This document shows, one piece after another, positions 29,943 through 39,715 of a stretch of DNA of 64,000 nt (position 1 is the first letter of the stretch; the number at the start of each line of letters is the position of its first letter). The stretch spans positions 7,541-71,540 of the forward strand of contig JBJKPN010000083.1 in NCBI GenBank assembly GCA_046706365.1, in the 5' to 3' direction. This stretch comes from Candidatus Kryptoniota bacterium (GTDB taxonomy: Bacteria; Bacteroidota; Ignavibacteria; Kryptoniales; JAKASW01). Position numbers and translations under genes: made by a program. The notes under the pieces were generated by a model. The model was given only the letters and a program-made list of their open reading frames with translations, made no database searches and was not told where the DNA came from.

Positions 29943-31295
29943 TCACTGCCGGCGGTCTGTCGCCTTCAAGCCCTCTCTTCTTACTCCTGGCTCCAGCTCC
30001 CTGAGCAGAGACTTGATCGTACGCCCCGTTAACTTCCTGTAGACGAATTCGATTCCGAATGCCAGCCCCACCATTGCGACGAGCACAATTATTTCGGACG
30101 GAGACGACGCCGCTGTCTGGTAAACCAGGATTCCGAGCGCCATCAGGCAGCCGACGACACCGAGAACCGAAATCCAGGCCCGGCTTTCAGTTCTTGTTCT
30201 GAGGCGCACGTTGGATGCATTCACAGCCGCAAAAATAAGAAGAAAGCCCGCACTGCCCATTACCGATATGCTCGAGAGATCGAATAAGTTGCAGATGATA
30301 AGCGTCAGGGCGGAAGTCAACAATAGACCCTCCACAGGCTGCTTCCATACATTCTTCTCGAGTGCTGCGGGCAGTTCTCCGTCCTTGGCGATTATGTAGC
30401 TCACTCGGGAGGCACCGTATAATGTCGCGTTGATGGCCGATCCGGTGGAAAGCATTGCCGCGATTGCTATCAGGACAAAACCGAAGCTGCCGAGGAAGGG
30501 TTTCGCGCTCTCCGCCAGTGCATAGTCTCTCGCGTCTATGATCTTCGCCAGCGGAAGATTACCGACCGTCACACCAGCGACGAGCACGTACAGGAGGATA
30601 ACAAGGATTACCGATGCGTAATAGGCTCGCGGAAGATTCTTCCGATAGTCCCTTACGTCCTGGGCAGCATTGGCTATCAGTTCAAATCCTTCATAGGCAA
30701 GGAAGATGATCATTCCACCGGCGATCATCTGCACGGGATTAACCCATGCGGACGGTTGGAGCCGGGTCGTATCTATGCTCCATAAGCCCGCTACGACAAA
30801 CAGTGTGAGAATAATCAGCTTGAAAGCAACCACCCACTCTTCGGCCTTCCCGACCGCCGTCGCCCCGAGAAGGTTAAGGAAAGTAAAGAGCAGAATTGCG
30901 AGGCTCATTAGTATGTGGCGCCAGAACGGCTGCAGTGCGGCCGGGAAGAACGACGCACCATAGCTGCCGAAAGCGAAAGCATAAAGGGAAAGCATCACTA
31001 TATAACTCAGCATCAGAAGGACATTCAGCCCACCTGTTACGATGCCCTCACCATAAGCCTGATTGAGAAACTCAACTGTTCCGCCCTCGCTTGGAAAAGT
31101 AACGGAGAGTCTTGCGTAGGAATATGCTGTTACTATTGCGACAAGCCCGGCGATGGCGAATGCTATTGGAGTCGCCCCGTGAGCCAGCTCCACCGCGAGC
31201 CCAAGCACGGCGAAGATCCCCCCTCCGACCATCCCGCCTATGCCTATTGAAACGACAGACAGCAATCCGATTTTATTTCCCGGGCTTTCGTCCAT
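29943..31295 (-). CDS. APC-superfamily amino acid/polyamine permease
   Basis: 450 aa and about 12 TM. The N-terminus LLSVVSIGIGGMVGGGIFAVLG and YSYARLSVTFPSEGG are typical of amino-acid permeases. Confidence 0.8.
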   Translation of the reverse strand: MDESPGNKIGLLSVVSIGIGGMVGGGIFAVLGLAVELAHGATPIAFAIAGLVAIVTAYSYARLSVTFPSEGGTVEFLNQAYGEGIVTGGLNVLLMLSYIVMLSLYAFAFGSYGASFFPAALQPFWRHILMSLAILLFTFLNLLGATAVGKAEEWVVAFKLIILTLFVVAGLWSIDTTRLQPSAWVNPVQMIAGGMIIFLAYEGFELIANAAQDVRDYRKNLPRAYYASVILVILLYVLVAGVTVGNLPLAKIIDARDYALAESAKPFLGSFGFVLIAIAAMLSTGSAINATLYGASRVSYIIAKDGELPAALEKNVWKQPVEGLLLTSALTLIICNLFDLSSISVMGSAGFLLIFAAVNASNVRLRTRTESRAWISVLGVVGCLMALGILVYQTAASSPSEIIVLVAMVGLAFGIEFVYRKLTGRTIKSLLRELEPGVRREGLKATDRRQ

Positions 31296-31454
31296 TTATC
31301 TTCCCTCGACCCGGTTAGTGTCAGACAGGTGCACCATGGTATAAGTGAATATAACTCACCGGCATCAGAATTTCTTCCGTGTGCCTTGAATCCGTTTGTA
31401 TTCAAACCACCTGCAGATTTTTGACTATTCAAACACCAGGAGATATATTGTGCC

Positions 31455-32357
31455 GTGTTTACCGGATTTTCTCTCTTGTTTGCGGCCGGGGTGACAGCGG
31501 GCTTCCTTGGTTCGCTGGTCGGCATAGGGGGCGGCGTTATTATCGTGACCGTCCTGACACTCTACTTTCACTACTCAATTCACGTTGCGATTGCTGCCAG
31601 CCTCGTGTGTGTTATGGCGACTTCGATCGCCGCGGCGCTCCGCTACGTCAGGCAACGAATTGCCGACGTCCGCCTGGGAATGTTCCTCGAAATGGCCTCG
31701 ACAACAGGAGCTTTCGCGGGCGCTTTCATCGGCGTCTTGTTGAGTGCCTATGTTCTCAGCTTGATATTCGGAGCTTTCCTCCTGTATACGGCCGCCAGGT
31801 CAATACCGAGAAAGAACAACAGAGGGATCGATGACTATTCCCGAAGCGGGCAAAAGCGGGGGCCGGAAGAGGGACAAGATTCGAACAGGAGTGCGAAGAG
31901 CATACTGGAAGGCGGGAGTTACTACGACAAAGCCCTCAAAGCAAACGTCCATTACCGCCCTTCAGGAACGATAGTCGGTCCGCTGGTAATGTCGCTTGGA
32001 GGATTGGCCTCAGGTTTGCTCGGCATCGGGGGAGGCGTTATCAATGTGGCCGCGATGAACTCCATCATGAAGGTCCCGGTGAAAGTCTCAATAGCTACAA
32101 GCCAATTCATGATAGCAGTTACTGCCGCAACCGGCGCAGTCGTGTATTTTATTGCGGGAGGAGTGAACTTCTACGTTGTTGCGCCGGCCGCCCTCGGCAC
32201 GATGCTGGGTTCGACTCTCGGAAGCCTCTCCATGAACAAGCTGCCGGTAAAAGTTATCAAGACGATTTTTCTCGTACTGCTCGTCTATTTCGGGTATCAA
32301 ATGATTGCAAAGGGAATTCTGATGGGATTTGGATTCAGGCTTCCGGGAATTGTCTGA
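31455..32357 (+). CDS. TSUP-family (TauE/SafE, DUF81) anion transporter, divergent fifth copy
   Basis: 300 aa. GFLGSLVGIGGGVIIV in the first half and GLLGIGGGVINVAAM in the second half (the duplicated 4-TM DUF81 pattern). GTG start. Confidence 0.8.
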   Translation: MFTGFSLLFAAGVTAGFLGSLVGIGGGVIIVTVLTLYFHYSIHVAIAASLVCVMATSIAAALRYVRQRIADVRLGMFLEMASTTGAFAGAFIGVLLSAYVLSLIFGAFLLYTAARSIPRKNNRGIDDYSRSGQKRGPEEGQDSNRSAKSILEGGSYYDKALKANVHYRPSGTIVGPLVMSLGGLASGLLGIGGGVINVAAMNSIMKVPVKVSIATSQFMIAVTAATGAVVYFIAGGVNFYVVAPAALGTMLGSTLGSLSMNKLPVKVIKTIFLVLLVYFGYQMIAKGILMGFGFRLPGIV

Positions 32358-32744
32358 GTGAAACGGACTTTTCCACTAACCCCGACCCCTTCCGCGTGTT
32401 GCCGCTGGAGGATCCGCGCGTCTTACGACCGGTACCTGCCCAACGTGATCGGTTATTTGACATCTCCGATACTCCCTGCCGGTAACCCTTCTCCATATTT
32501 GCGAAACAAGAGAAATACAACCCAACCTCGTTAAGCCTGGCGGCGAATAACAGCTCCCGTTAGAGCCGAAAGTTCACTACTGCAGAGATGTGACCCGATA
32601 ATTTTCATTATTATCGAAACTGCCCCTGTCACCAAAATCTCCCTCTCATCCCACCAAACAGTGAATCAACACCTAGAATACAGAACCCGTTGTGTTCTTT
32701 GTTTCCATTCGCCTCGTTGCTGATTATAAAACGGAATCATTCGC

Positions 32745-33422
32745 GTGAAAAAGGACAACAGGCGTGCATATTTCCCAATTCTCATAGATCTCAGGAGATA
32801 CCCGTGCCTCGTGGTTGGCGGCGGGCGTGTCGCATTGCGAAAGGTAATGTCGCTCCTCGAATTCAATGCTAAGGTGACTGTGGTTGCGCCCAGAATCTGC
32901 AAAGAGCTCGCCCGGCTCTCTGCCGGCGGTCGGATCGACGTTATCAGGACTCCTTATTCCAGGAAGCACATCTCCGGGCACAAGATCGTGTTCAGCGCAA
33001 CTGACAATCGTGAGATAAATGAAGCCGTGAGCCGCGACTGCCGCAATGAGGGTATTCTGATGAACGTTGCGGATGCTCCTGACCTGTGCGATTTCATCAT
33101 GCCGGCCACTTTGAAGCGTGGAGACCTGGTCGTTTCGGTTTCTTCGCAGGGACGGGCTCCATTTTACACTAAGCACACGAAGCGGAAACTCGAAAAAGTC
33201 CTTACGCCTTCCGAGGCCGAGATAACGGAACTGGCAGGTTACTTCAGGAATCGATTACTGTCGAAGGAGAACAGCGATATATCACGGAGGACCAAAGATA
33301 TCGCGATCAGGAAATTCCTCTCAACAGATTGGGTGTCGATCATAGCGGCAGGAGGAAGCAAGAAAGCGCATGAGTTTGCGGATAGACTCCTCAAAGAAGT
33401 GAATAAGCAGAAGGATCTTTAG
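32745..33422 (+). CDS. sirC: Siroheme synthase N-terminal-domain type enzyme (precorrin-2 dehydrogenase / sirohydrochlorin ferrochelatase)
   Basis: 225 aa. YFPILIDLRRYPCLVVGGGRVALRKV Rossmann motif, NVADAPDLCDFIMPA and LVVSVSSQGRAP blocks as in the CysG N-domain, SirC and Met8. GTG start. Confidence 0.85.
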   Translation: MKKDNRRAYFPILIDLRRYPCLVVGGGRVALRKVMSLLEFNAKVTVVAPRICKELARLSAGGRIDVIRTPYSRKHISGHKIVFSATDNREINEAVSRDCRNEGILMNVADAPDLCDFIMPATLKRGDLVVSVSSQGRAPFYTKHTKRKLEKVLTPSEAEITELAGYFRNRLLSKENSDISRRTKDIAIRKFLSTDWVSIIAAGGSKKAHEFADRLLKEVNKQKDL

Positions 33423-33430
33423 GTGCTCAT

Positions 33431-34018
33431 ATGAACGGTTCTTCGCAGCATCTCAAGGCGAAAGTAATATTCTCACTGTCGACGATAATTGTTCTGATCC
33501 TCTGCAGCGGTGCACTCGCCTGGGTGATAACGCAGCGTATCGAGCAGAGCGAGAGGACGACGGACACGGCACACATGTTCAAGGAAGCCGAGCTCCAGCT
33601 GAGAAGAGAGGAGAAGAACCTTTTGATAAGGGGTTATTCGGCGGAGAGATTTCATCGCTGGCAGGAGGCGAAAGGTGAGTTCTATCAAAAGCTCGGAGAG
33701 CTGATCGGGCAGAAGGCGGTCAGCGATGTCGAAATCGCCGAATTCAAGTCGGACAATTCGGAAATGTCCGATGCATACAGGAGTTTCTTCGATGACATCA
33801 AGTCCGGGACACTGACCGAGACGGAGGCAGCGGCATATGACCTGCATTTCAAGACAATCGGCCAGAGGTCTATAGGAAGAATCGACAGCATTCTTGCAAG
33901 GGAAGAAAGTATTTCAAAAGGCATGGATTCGAGGGCAAATCTGTTGACCGCGGTTTTCTTCCTCGTCTTCATAGGGACAACTTCATTTCTGGTCATCAAC
34001 GTACTGAGGAGTCTGTGA
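33431..34018 (+). CDS. Hypothetical two-TM protein with a helical periplasmic (sensor-like) domain and no output domain
   Basis: 195 aa. TM near the N-terminus (VIFSLSTIIVLILCSGALAWVI) and at the extreme C-terminus (LLTAVFFLVFIGTTSFLVINVL). About 130 aa of helix-prone sequence lie between them. The stop overlaps the cobA start (GTGA). Confidence 0.6.
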   Translation: MNGSSQHLKAKVIFSLSTIIVLILCSGALAWVITQRIEQSERTTDTAHMFKEAELQLRREEKNLLIRGYSAERFHRWQEAKGEFYQKLGELIGQKAVSDVEIAEFKSDNSEMSDAYRSFFDDIKSGTLTETEAAAYDLHFKTIGQRSIGRIDSILAREESISKGMDSRANLLTAVFFLVFIGTTSFLVINVLRSL

Positions 34019-35331
34019 CAGTGAAGTACCGTAAAGGAAGAGTGTATTTGGTGGGGGCCGGTCCCGGCGATCCCGGGCTGATCACCGTGAAAGGCCTCGA
34101 AAAGCTGAAACAGGCGGATGCAGTGGTCTACGACAGGCTGGTAAACGACGACTTGCTTTGCTATTGCCGGGAAGATTGCGAGAAAATTTTCGTCGGAAAA
34201 GAAAGTGGATTCCACCCTGTCGAGCAGGAACAGATAACCGAAATACTGATACGGAAGTCCGAGCTCGGTTTGGATGTCGTGCGGTTGAAGGGGGGCAACC
34301 CCTTCATATTCGGAAGAGGCTCGGAAGAGGCAATTGCCCTGGCTCGTGCAGGGATCGACTTCGAAATCATCCCGGGAATCACTTCGGGACTGTCGGCGCC
34401 GGTCTACAGCGGTATACCGATAACCCACCGAGGCATGATAACTCAGTGTGTTCTGATTACGGCACATGAATCGCCCGGCAAGCCGGGCACCCAGGTGGAA
34501 TGGGATAAACTGGCGAAGCTGAAGAATTCAACCCTTGTCATTTATATGGGAGCATCCAGAATTGAAAACATCTGCAGAGAGCTGATCAGTCACGGGGCAG
34601 ACCCGTCAACTCCTGCGGCAGTCATTGAAAACGGCACCCTTCCCAGTCAGCGAACGATCACTGCGAGGCTCGACAATATCGCCGATGAATTCAAGGCGAA
34701 CGGTTTCCATGCTCCGGCAATAATAATGATCAGCCCGACCGTAGCCATGAGGAATGAGATATCCTGGTACGAAAACAAGCCGCTGTTCGGGAAGAGGATT
34801 GCACTTGTCGGGAACAGGAATCAGCTAGAATTGCTGAGTAGTATGGTTTACGACCTCGGCGGAGAGCCGCTGCGGATTCAACTGTCGAATCCGGATTCAC
34901 TACGCACCCTGTTCCACGGCGGCGTAGAGAGCGAGGAGGAGATCTTTTGCGCAAACGACGAATTCCCTTCAAACGGCCCTCGCTACCCGTATGAAGGTTT
35001 GAATGATAACCAACTCCCGCTGGTTTCAGTGCAGAGAACGGCGGATCAATTATACGAGGAACCCCGTGCAGACATAATCGAAGATCTGTGCGAAAACGGT
35101 GCTGATGCGTTTGTATTTGCCTCCTCAAAGGCGGCAGAGAGCTTCTTCGATACTTTGGGACGACCAAAAGGAACGAAGATGATCGAACATACTGCCGTCG
35201 TGGCGGTGAGCAGGGCCGCTGCAAATTTATTGGCCGAGAGCGGCTTGCGCGCGATCAGATACCCCTCGGACTGCACCGCGGGGGCCCTTCACGATTTGCT
35301 TCTGAACCTTTTTTCCAATACTCAGGAATGA
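34015..35331 (+). CDS. cobA/hemD: Uroporphyrinogen-III C-methyltransferase fused to a HemD-like (uroporphyrinogen-III synthase) C-terminal region
   Basis: The N-terminus GRVYLVGAGPGDPGLITVKG is the SUMT signature, and VVRLKGGNPFIFGRG is present. About 190 extra C-terminal residues start at KPLFGKRIALVGNRN and resemble HemD. Confidence 0.8.
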   Translation: MTVKYRKGRVYLVGAGPGDPGLITVKGLEKLKQADAVVYDRLVNDDLLCYCREDCEKIFVGKESGFHPVEQEQITEILIRKSELGLDVVRLKGGNPFIFGRGSEEAIALARAGIDFEIIPGITSGLSAPVYSGIPITHRGMITQCVLITAHESPGKPGTQVEWDKLAKLKNSTLVIYMGASRIENICRELISHGADPSTPAAVIENGTLPSQRTITARLDNIADEFKANGFHAPAIIMISPTVAMRNEISWYENKPLFGKRIALVGNRNQLELLSSMVYDLGGEPLRIQLSNPDSLRTLFHGGVESEEEIFCANDEFPSNGPRYPYEGLNDNQLPLVSVQRTADQLYEEPRADIIEDLCENGADAFVFASSKAAESFFDTLGRPKGTKMIEHTAVVAVSRAAANLLAESGLRAIRYPSDCTAGALHDLLLNLFSNTQE

Positions 35332-36407
35332 ACGTATTCAGCATCTACCTGCCAGCAGCGGGTATTCACTTCAATGCTCTCCTGTTGCTCCTGATCGGAT
35401 TCTGCGTCGGTGTAATCGGAGGGTTCTTTGGAGTGGGAGGCGGTTGGATAATCACTCCCGCACTCAACATTTTCGGATTTCATATGGCGTTCGCGATCGG
35501 GACGGGGCTGTCCGATATATTCGGACAGTCACTCGGGGCGATACGCAAACACAATCGAATGGGCAATGTCGACTGGAAGCTCGGATCATTTTCGATTGTC
35601 GCCTCGCTCATCGGATTCGAAGCGGGTTCCCGAATCGTGATGGCGCTCGAAAGAGCCGGCGATGTCGGAACAATTGTCCGGTGGTGTTACGTCGTATTCC
35701 TGGCGGGCCTCGGCGCCTTCATGTTCTATGACTATTTCGTTTTGCACGGCCGACAACTTGAACGCATCGAGAAAGGACTGACTGAGGCAGGCACTTCTGC
35801 AGACGGGACATCCGGCCCGGCCAGCGTCGCGAAGAAACTTCATAACATCAAGCTCGCTCCCATGATCTCCTTCCCGGATTCAAATATCGAGAAGGTTTCG
35901 CTTTGGGTAATTATCGCAATTTTCCTCGGCACGGGACTCCTCTCGGGTGTACTCGGGATCGGAGGAGGTTTCATAATACTTCCGGCGCTGGTTTACCTGA
36001 TAGGCGTCCCCACGGTTATAGCCGTTGGCACCACCCTTATGACAGTGCTTGCAACCGCTGCGTTCGGATGTTTCTCGTATGCACTTGACGGAAAAGTGGA
36101 AATGCTTGCCGCCGTACTGATGCTCCTCGGTGCATCTATCGGAGCCCAGATCGGGGCAACCGCCATCAAGTTCATCAAAGGTTACGGCATCAGGCTGCTA
36201 TTCGCGATAATGATCGTCTTCACGAGTTTCTCCGTCATAACGGAGCAGTTCTACAAGATGACTCTGGAATCGATATTCCGCGTGTTCTCAGGGATCATCC
36301 TGGTCGGGACGGCATTGGCCATGACTGTGACGATAATCTCGAAGCTGGTAACCGAATTCAGGAAAGAGAACGCGGGCAAGTCGGGAATCACAGACAGGGC
36401 TTCATAA
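35328..36407 (+). CDS. TSUP-family (TauE/SafE, DUF81) membrane protein, array copy 1
   Basis: 359 aa. Duplicated DUF81 GxGGG motifs. The ATG overlaps the cobA/hemD stop (ATGA). Confidence 0.85.
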   Translation: MNVFSIYLPAAGIHFNALLLLLIGFCVGVIGGFFGVGGGWIITPALNIFGFHMAFAIGTGLSDIFGQSLGAIRKHNRMGNVDWKLGSFSIVASLIGFEAGSRIVMALERAGDVGTIVRWCYVVFLAGLGAFMFYDYFVLHGRQLERIEKGLTEAGTSADGTSGPASVAKKLHNIKLAPMISFPDSNIEKVSLWVIIAIFLGTGLLSGVLGIGGGFIILPALVYLIGVPTVIAVGTTLMTVLATAAFGCFSYALDGKVEMLAAVLMLLGASIGAQIGATAIKFIKGYGIRLLFAIMIVFTSFSVITEQFYKMTLESIFRVFSGIILVGTALAMTVTIISKLVTEFRKENAGKSGITDRAS

Positions 36408-36423
36408 AAAGCAGAGTGGGATT

Positions 36424-37461
36424 GTGAGCATAATTAACATTCATCTGCCGGTAGCGGGGATCGAGTTTAGTGCGGTCCTACTGATACTCATCGGTTTCTG
36501 CGTCGGAGTACTCGGCGGATTCTTCGGAGTTGGTGGAGGATGGATGATAACTCCGGCTCTGAATATTTTCGGTTTTCATATGGCATTCGCGATCGGCACT
36601 CCTCTGGCGGATATCTTCGGACAATCTATCGGAGCCGTAAGGAAGCACCACAAGATGGGAAATATCGACTGGAAACTGGGGCTGATTTCCATCACTACCT
36701 CCATTATCGGTGTGGAGATTGGCTCGAGAGTGATAATCGCCCTCGAGAAGGAGGGAGATGTTGGGTTAATCGTGAGGTGGTCATACATCTTTTTGCTCCT
36801 GGTTCTCGGCGCATACATGCTCTACGACTATTTCGTGATTCATCCGAGACAGTTGACTATTGAAGGCAGCGGGCAATTGCCGGGCACAACGAGGTTTGCG
36901 GCCCGCTTGCAAAGAATTACTATACCTCCCATGCTCTCCCTGCCGACTTCCGGAATAGACGGGGTTTCGCTTTGGATCATCCTATTTGTTTTCCTGATCA
37001 CAGGTTTTCTCTCCGGGTTCATGGGTGTTGGAGGCGGCTTCATTATCCTCCCTGTACTCGTATACCTTATCGGCCTTCCCACCACTATTGCCGTCGGGAC
37101 GAGCCTGGTCACAGTTCTGTTCACCGCAGCGTATGGGTGCTTCACCTACGCCATAAAAGGGCGGGTCGAGATCATCGCGGCATTCATTATGCTGCTCGGC
37201 GCATCGGTCGGCGCCCAGGTCGGTGCAACTGCGATTAGATATATCAAAGGATACGGCATACGGCTCCTTTTTGCCACGATGATAATCCTTGCGGGCTTTT
37301 CCATCATAACTGAACAATTCTACAAAACCACGGGTAAGCCGTTGTTCCAGACCCTTGCCGGCATCGTCCTCATGGGCACGGCGGTGGCAATGTCTGCTCT
37401 CATCATTGTCAGGCTGGTGAGAGAATCCAGAAGAGAGCGGTCGACAGCGGAGTCTGCATGA
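36424..37461 (+). CDS. TSUP-family membrane protein, array copy 2
   Basis: 345 aa. Same conserved blocks as copy 1. GTG start 16 nt after copy 1. Confidence 0.85.
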   Translation: MSIINIHLPVAGIEFSAVLLILIGFCVGVLGGFFGVGGGWMITPALNIFGFHMAFAIGTPLADIFGQSIGAVRKHHKMGNIDWKLGLISITTSIIGVEIGSRVIIALEKEGDVGLIVRWSYIFLLLVLGAYMLYDYFVIHPRQLTIEGSGQLPGTTRFAARLQRITIPPMLSLPTSGIDGVSLWIILFVFLITGFLSGFMGVGGGFIILPVLVYLIGLPTTIAVGTSLVTVLFTAAYGCFTYAIKGRVEIIAAFIMLLGASVGAQVGATAIRYIKGYGIRLLFATMIILAGFSIITEQFYKTTGKPLFQTLAGIVLMGTAVAMSALIIVRLVRESRRERSTAESA

Positions 37462-37494
37462 CAAACCCGATTGAATTTCAAGACGACTTGTCCT

Positions 37495-38562
37495 ATGAGC
37501 ATTTTTGATATTCGTTTGCCCGTTGCAGGAATTGAATTCAGCGCTTTGCTGCTGATACTTATCGGGTTTTGTGTCGGCGTGCTCGGCGGGTTCTTTGGTG
37601 TCGGCGGAGGGTGGATTGTGACCCCGGCGCTGAACATTTTTGGTTTCCACATGGCGTTCGCTATCGGGACCGATCTGGCCAACATTTTCGGTCAATCAAT
37701 CGGTGCAGTGAAGAAACACCAGAAGATGGGGAACATCGACTGGAAACTCGGTTCCATTTCCATAATCACATCCGTTATCGGTCTCGAAATGGGCTCCGAT
37801 GTGGTTATTGCGCTCGAGAAAGCCGGAGATATAGGCATCATCATAAGATGGTGCTACATGTTCATGTTAAGCGTGCTGGGGTGCTACATGCTGTACGACT
37901 ACTTCGTCCTTCGAAAGAGGGCCAGGAAAGACAGCGGCACAGCGTCTGAAGACGGGGACGCGCTCAATACGGGCAGCGTCGAGAATCGAAGCAAGGTTTC
38001 GAAGAGGCTTCACAAATTGAATATACCGCCGATGATCTCGTTCCCTTCCTCGGGAATCGAGGGAGTCTCACTCTGGATCATACTTCTCATCTTTCTCTTT
38101 ACCGGATTCATGTCCGGTTTCATGGGAGTTGGGGGTGGGTTCATCATCATGCCGGCCCTGGTCTACCTCATAGGTCTCCCGACGGCAGTTGCGGTCGGGA
38201 CGAGCCTGATAACGGTGCTGTTCAGCGGAGCCTACGGGTGCTTCACCTACGCTATGAAGGGACGCGTGGAAGTAATTGCCGCGTTCATAATGCTGATCGG
38301 CGCTTCCATAGGAGCCCAGATCGGCGCGACGGCAGTCAGGTATGTTGAAGGATACGGGATCAGAATACTTTTTTCGCTGATGATTCTGCTCGCGGCCGTT
38401 TCGGTCGCTGCGGAGCAGCTGTACAAGATCACCGGAAGGGCGCTCTTTCAATCCACCGCCGGGATAGTGCTGATGGGAACCGCCGTGGCAGTATCGGCTG
38501 CGATAATCGGCAAGCTGGTCGTGAAATCAAGGAAAGAAGCAAAAGACAGGGCAACACACTAA
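37495..38562 (+). CDS. TSUP-family membrane protein, array copy 3
   Basis: ATG 37495 (MSIFDIRLPVAGIEF...) aligns with the N-termini of the other copies. The track ORF starts at TTG 37471. Confidence 0.85.
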   Translation: MSIFDIRLPVAGIEFSALLLILIGFCVGVLGGFFGVGGGWIVTPALNIFGFHMAFAIGTDLANIFGQSIGAVKKHQKMGNIDWKLGSISIITSVIGLEMGSDVVIALEKAGDIGIIIRWCYMFMLSVLGCYMLYDYFVLRKRARKDSGTASEDGDALNTGSVENRSKVSKRLHKLNIPPMISFPSSGIEGVSLWIILLIFLFTGFMSGFMGVGGGFIIMPALVYLIGLPTAVAVGTSLITVLFSGAYGCFTYAMKGRVEVIAAFIMLIGASIGAQIGATAVRYVEGYGIRILFSLMILLAAVSVAAEQLYKITGRALFQSTAGIVLMGTAVAVSAAIIGKLVVKSRKEAKDRATH

Positions 38563-38583
38563 ATTCACTAACAGGGCTGAAGC

Positions 38584-39636
38584 ATGAATCTCTTCGACAT
38601 CTACTTACCGATCGCAGGAATAGAGTTCAATGTTCTGTTGCTCATTCTGATCGGGTTCTGCGTTGGAGTACTCGGCGGGTTTTTCGGAGTCGGCGGAGGT
38701 TGGATTGTCACTCCCGCTCTCAACATCTTCGGATTCCATATGGCATACGCAATCGGAACTGATCTGGCCAATATCTTCGGGCAGTCCATAGGTGCCACCA
38801 AGAAACATCACAAGATGGGAAATATCGACTGGAAACTCGGTTCCATCTCGATCGTCGCATCGATCGTAGGTCTCGAACTCGGCTCACAGCTCGTGATAAG
38901 GCTCGAGCACGCGGGCGACGTCGGATCTGTAGTCAGGTGGTGCTACCTGTTCCTCATGTTCGGACTCAGCACATTGATGTTTCGCGATTATTACAAGTCG
39001 CATCCGAGGCAGAAGCACGGCGCGACAGCGTCCGGGAGGGATAATTACCCGGGGCCGCGGAAGGGCGGGAAAACGCTTGCCGAAAGACTCCACAGCATAA
39101 ACATTCCTCCGATGATATCGTTTCCGACATCGGACATTCAATCGGTTTCCCTGTGGACTGTCATGTTCATATTTGCGGTGACCGGCTTTCTTTCCGGGTT
39201 CCTGGGGGTCGGAGGAGGATTCATTAGAATGCCGGCTCTCGTTTACCTCATAGGAGTGCCGACAGTAATCGCAGTGGGGACCGACCTGATGACGGTTTTG
39301 ATCACAGGTGCGTACGGCTGCTTCACCTACGCGATGAAAGGAAGAGTTGAATTCATCGCAGCCTTTTTCATGCTGATCGGCGCTTCGATCGGCGCCCAAA
39401 TCGGGGCAACGGCCGTCAAATACGTGAAAGGATACGGGATCAGGCTGCTCTTCGCAATAATGATTGCGTTTGCAGGATGCTCGATAGCACTTGAGCAGCT
39501 CTACAAAATGACCGGTGAAGAAGTCCTGGGTACGGCAGCGGGACTGGTTCTCATGCTGACTGCTGTAACGCTGACTTCTATTATTATTTTAAGGCTCACG
39601 GTTGAAGCCCGTAAAGAGAGGAAGATGAGAGGCTGA
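38584..39636 (+). CDS. TSUP-family membrane protein, array copy 4
   Basis: 350 aa. MNLFDIYLPIAGIEFNVLLLILIGFCVGVLGGFFGVGGGW... Confidence 0.85.
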   Translation: MNLFDIYLPIAGIEFNVLLLILIGFCVGVLGGFFGVGGGWIVTPALNIFGFHMAYAIGTDLANIFGQSIGATKKHHKMGNIDWKLGSISIVASIVGLELGSQLVIRLEHAGDVGSVVRWCYLFLMFGLSTLMFRDYYKSHPRQKHGATASGRDNYPGPRKGGKTLAERLHSINIPPMISFPTSDIQSVSLWTVMFIFAVTGFLSGFLGVGGGFIRMPALVYLIGVPTVIAVGTDLMTVLITGAYGCFTYAMKGRVEFIAAFFMLIGASIGAQIGATAVKYVKGYGIRLLFAIMIAFAGCSIALEQLYKMTGEEVLGTAAGLVLMLTAVTLTSIIILRLTVEARKERKMRG

Positions 39637-39715
39637 AATGGATTCAGAAGAGTCAAGAGATATTCATACATTAGAAAACACCAAAGCCAACAACAGGCTT
39701 CGGAAGGAGCGGACC

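Larger units (their letters stand above)
35328..39636 (+). repeat. Tandem array of four paralogous TSUP genes (about 1.07 kb period)
   Basis: All four ORFs share the same blocks (LIGFCVGV.GGFFGVGGGW..TPALNIFGFHMA.AIGT; KMGN.DWKLG; GGGFI..P.LVYLIG.PT). The nucleotide sequences differ at many third positions and the central loops are unrelated. Confidence 0.9.

Noticed and set aside
35328-39636. The four TSUP genes as a recent amplification or assembly artefact
   Set aside because: The copies differ at many synonymous sites. They have different start codons and spacers (16, 33 and 21 nt) and completely different central loops. This is inconsistent with collapsed or duplicated reads or with a recent duplication.
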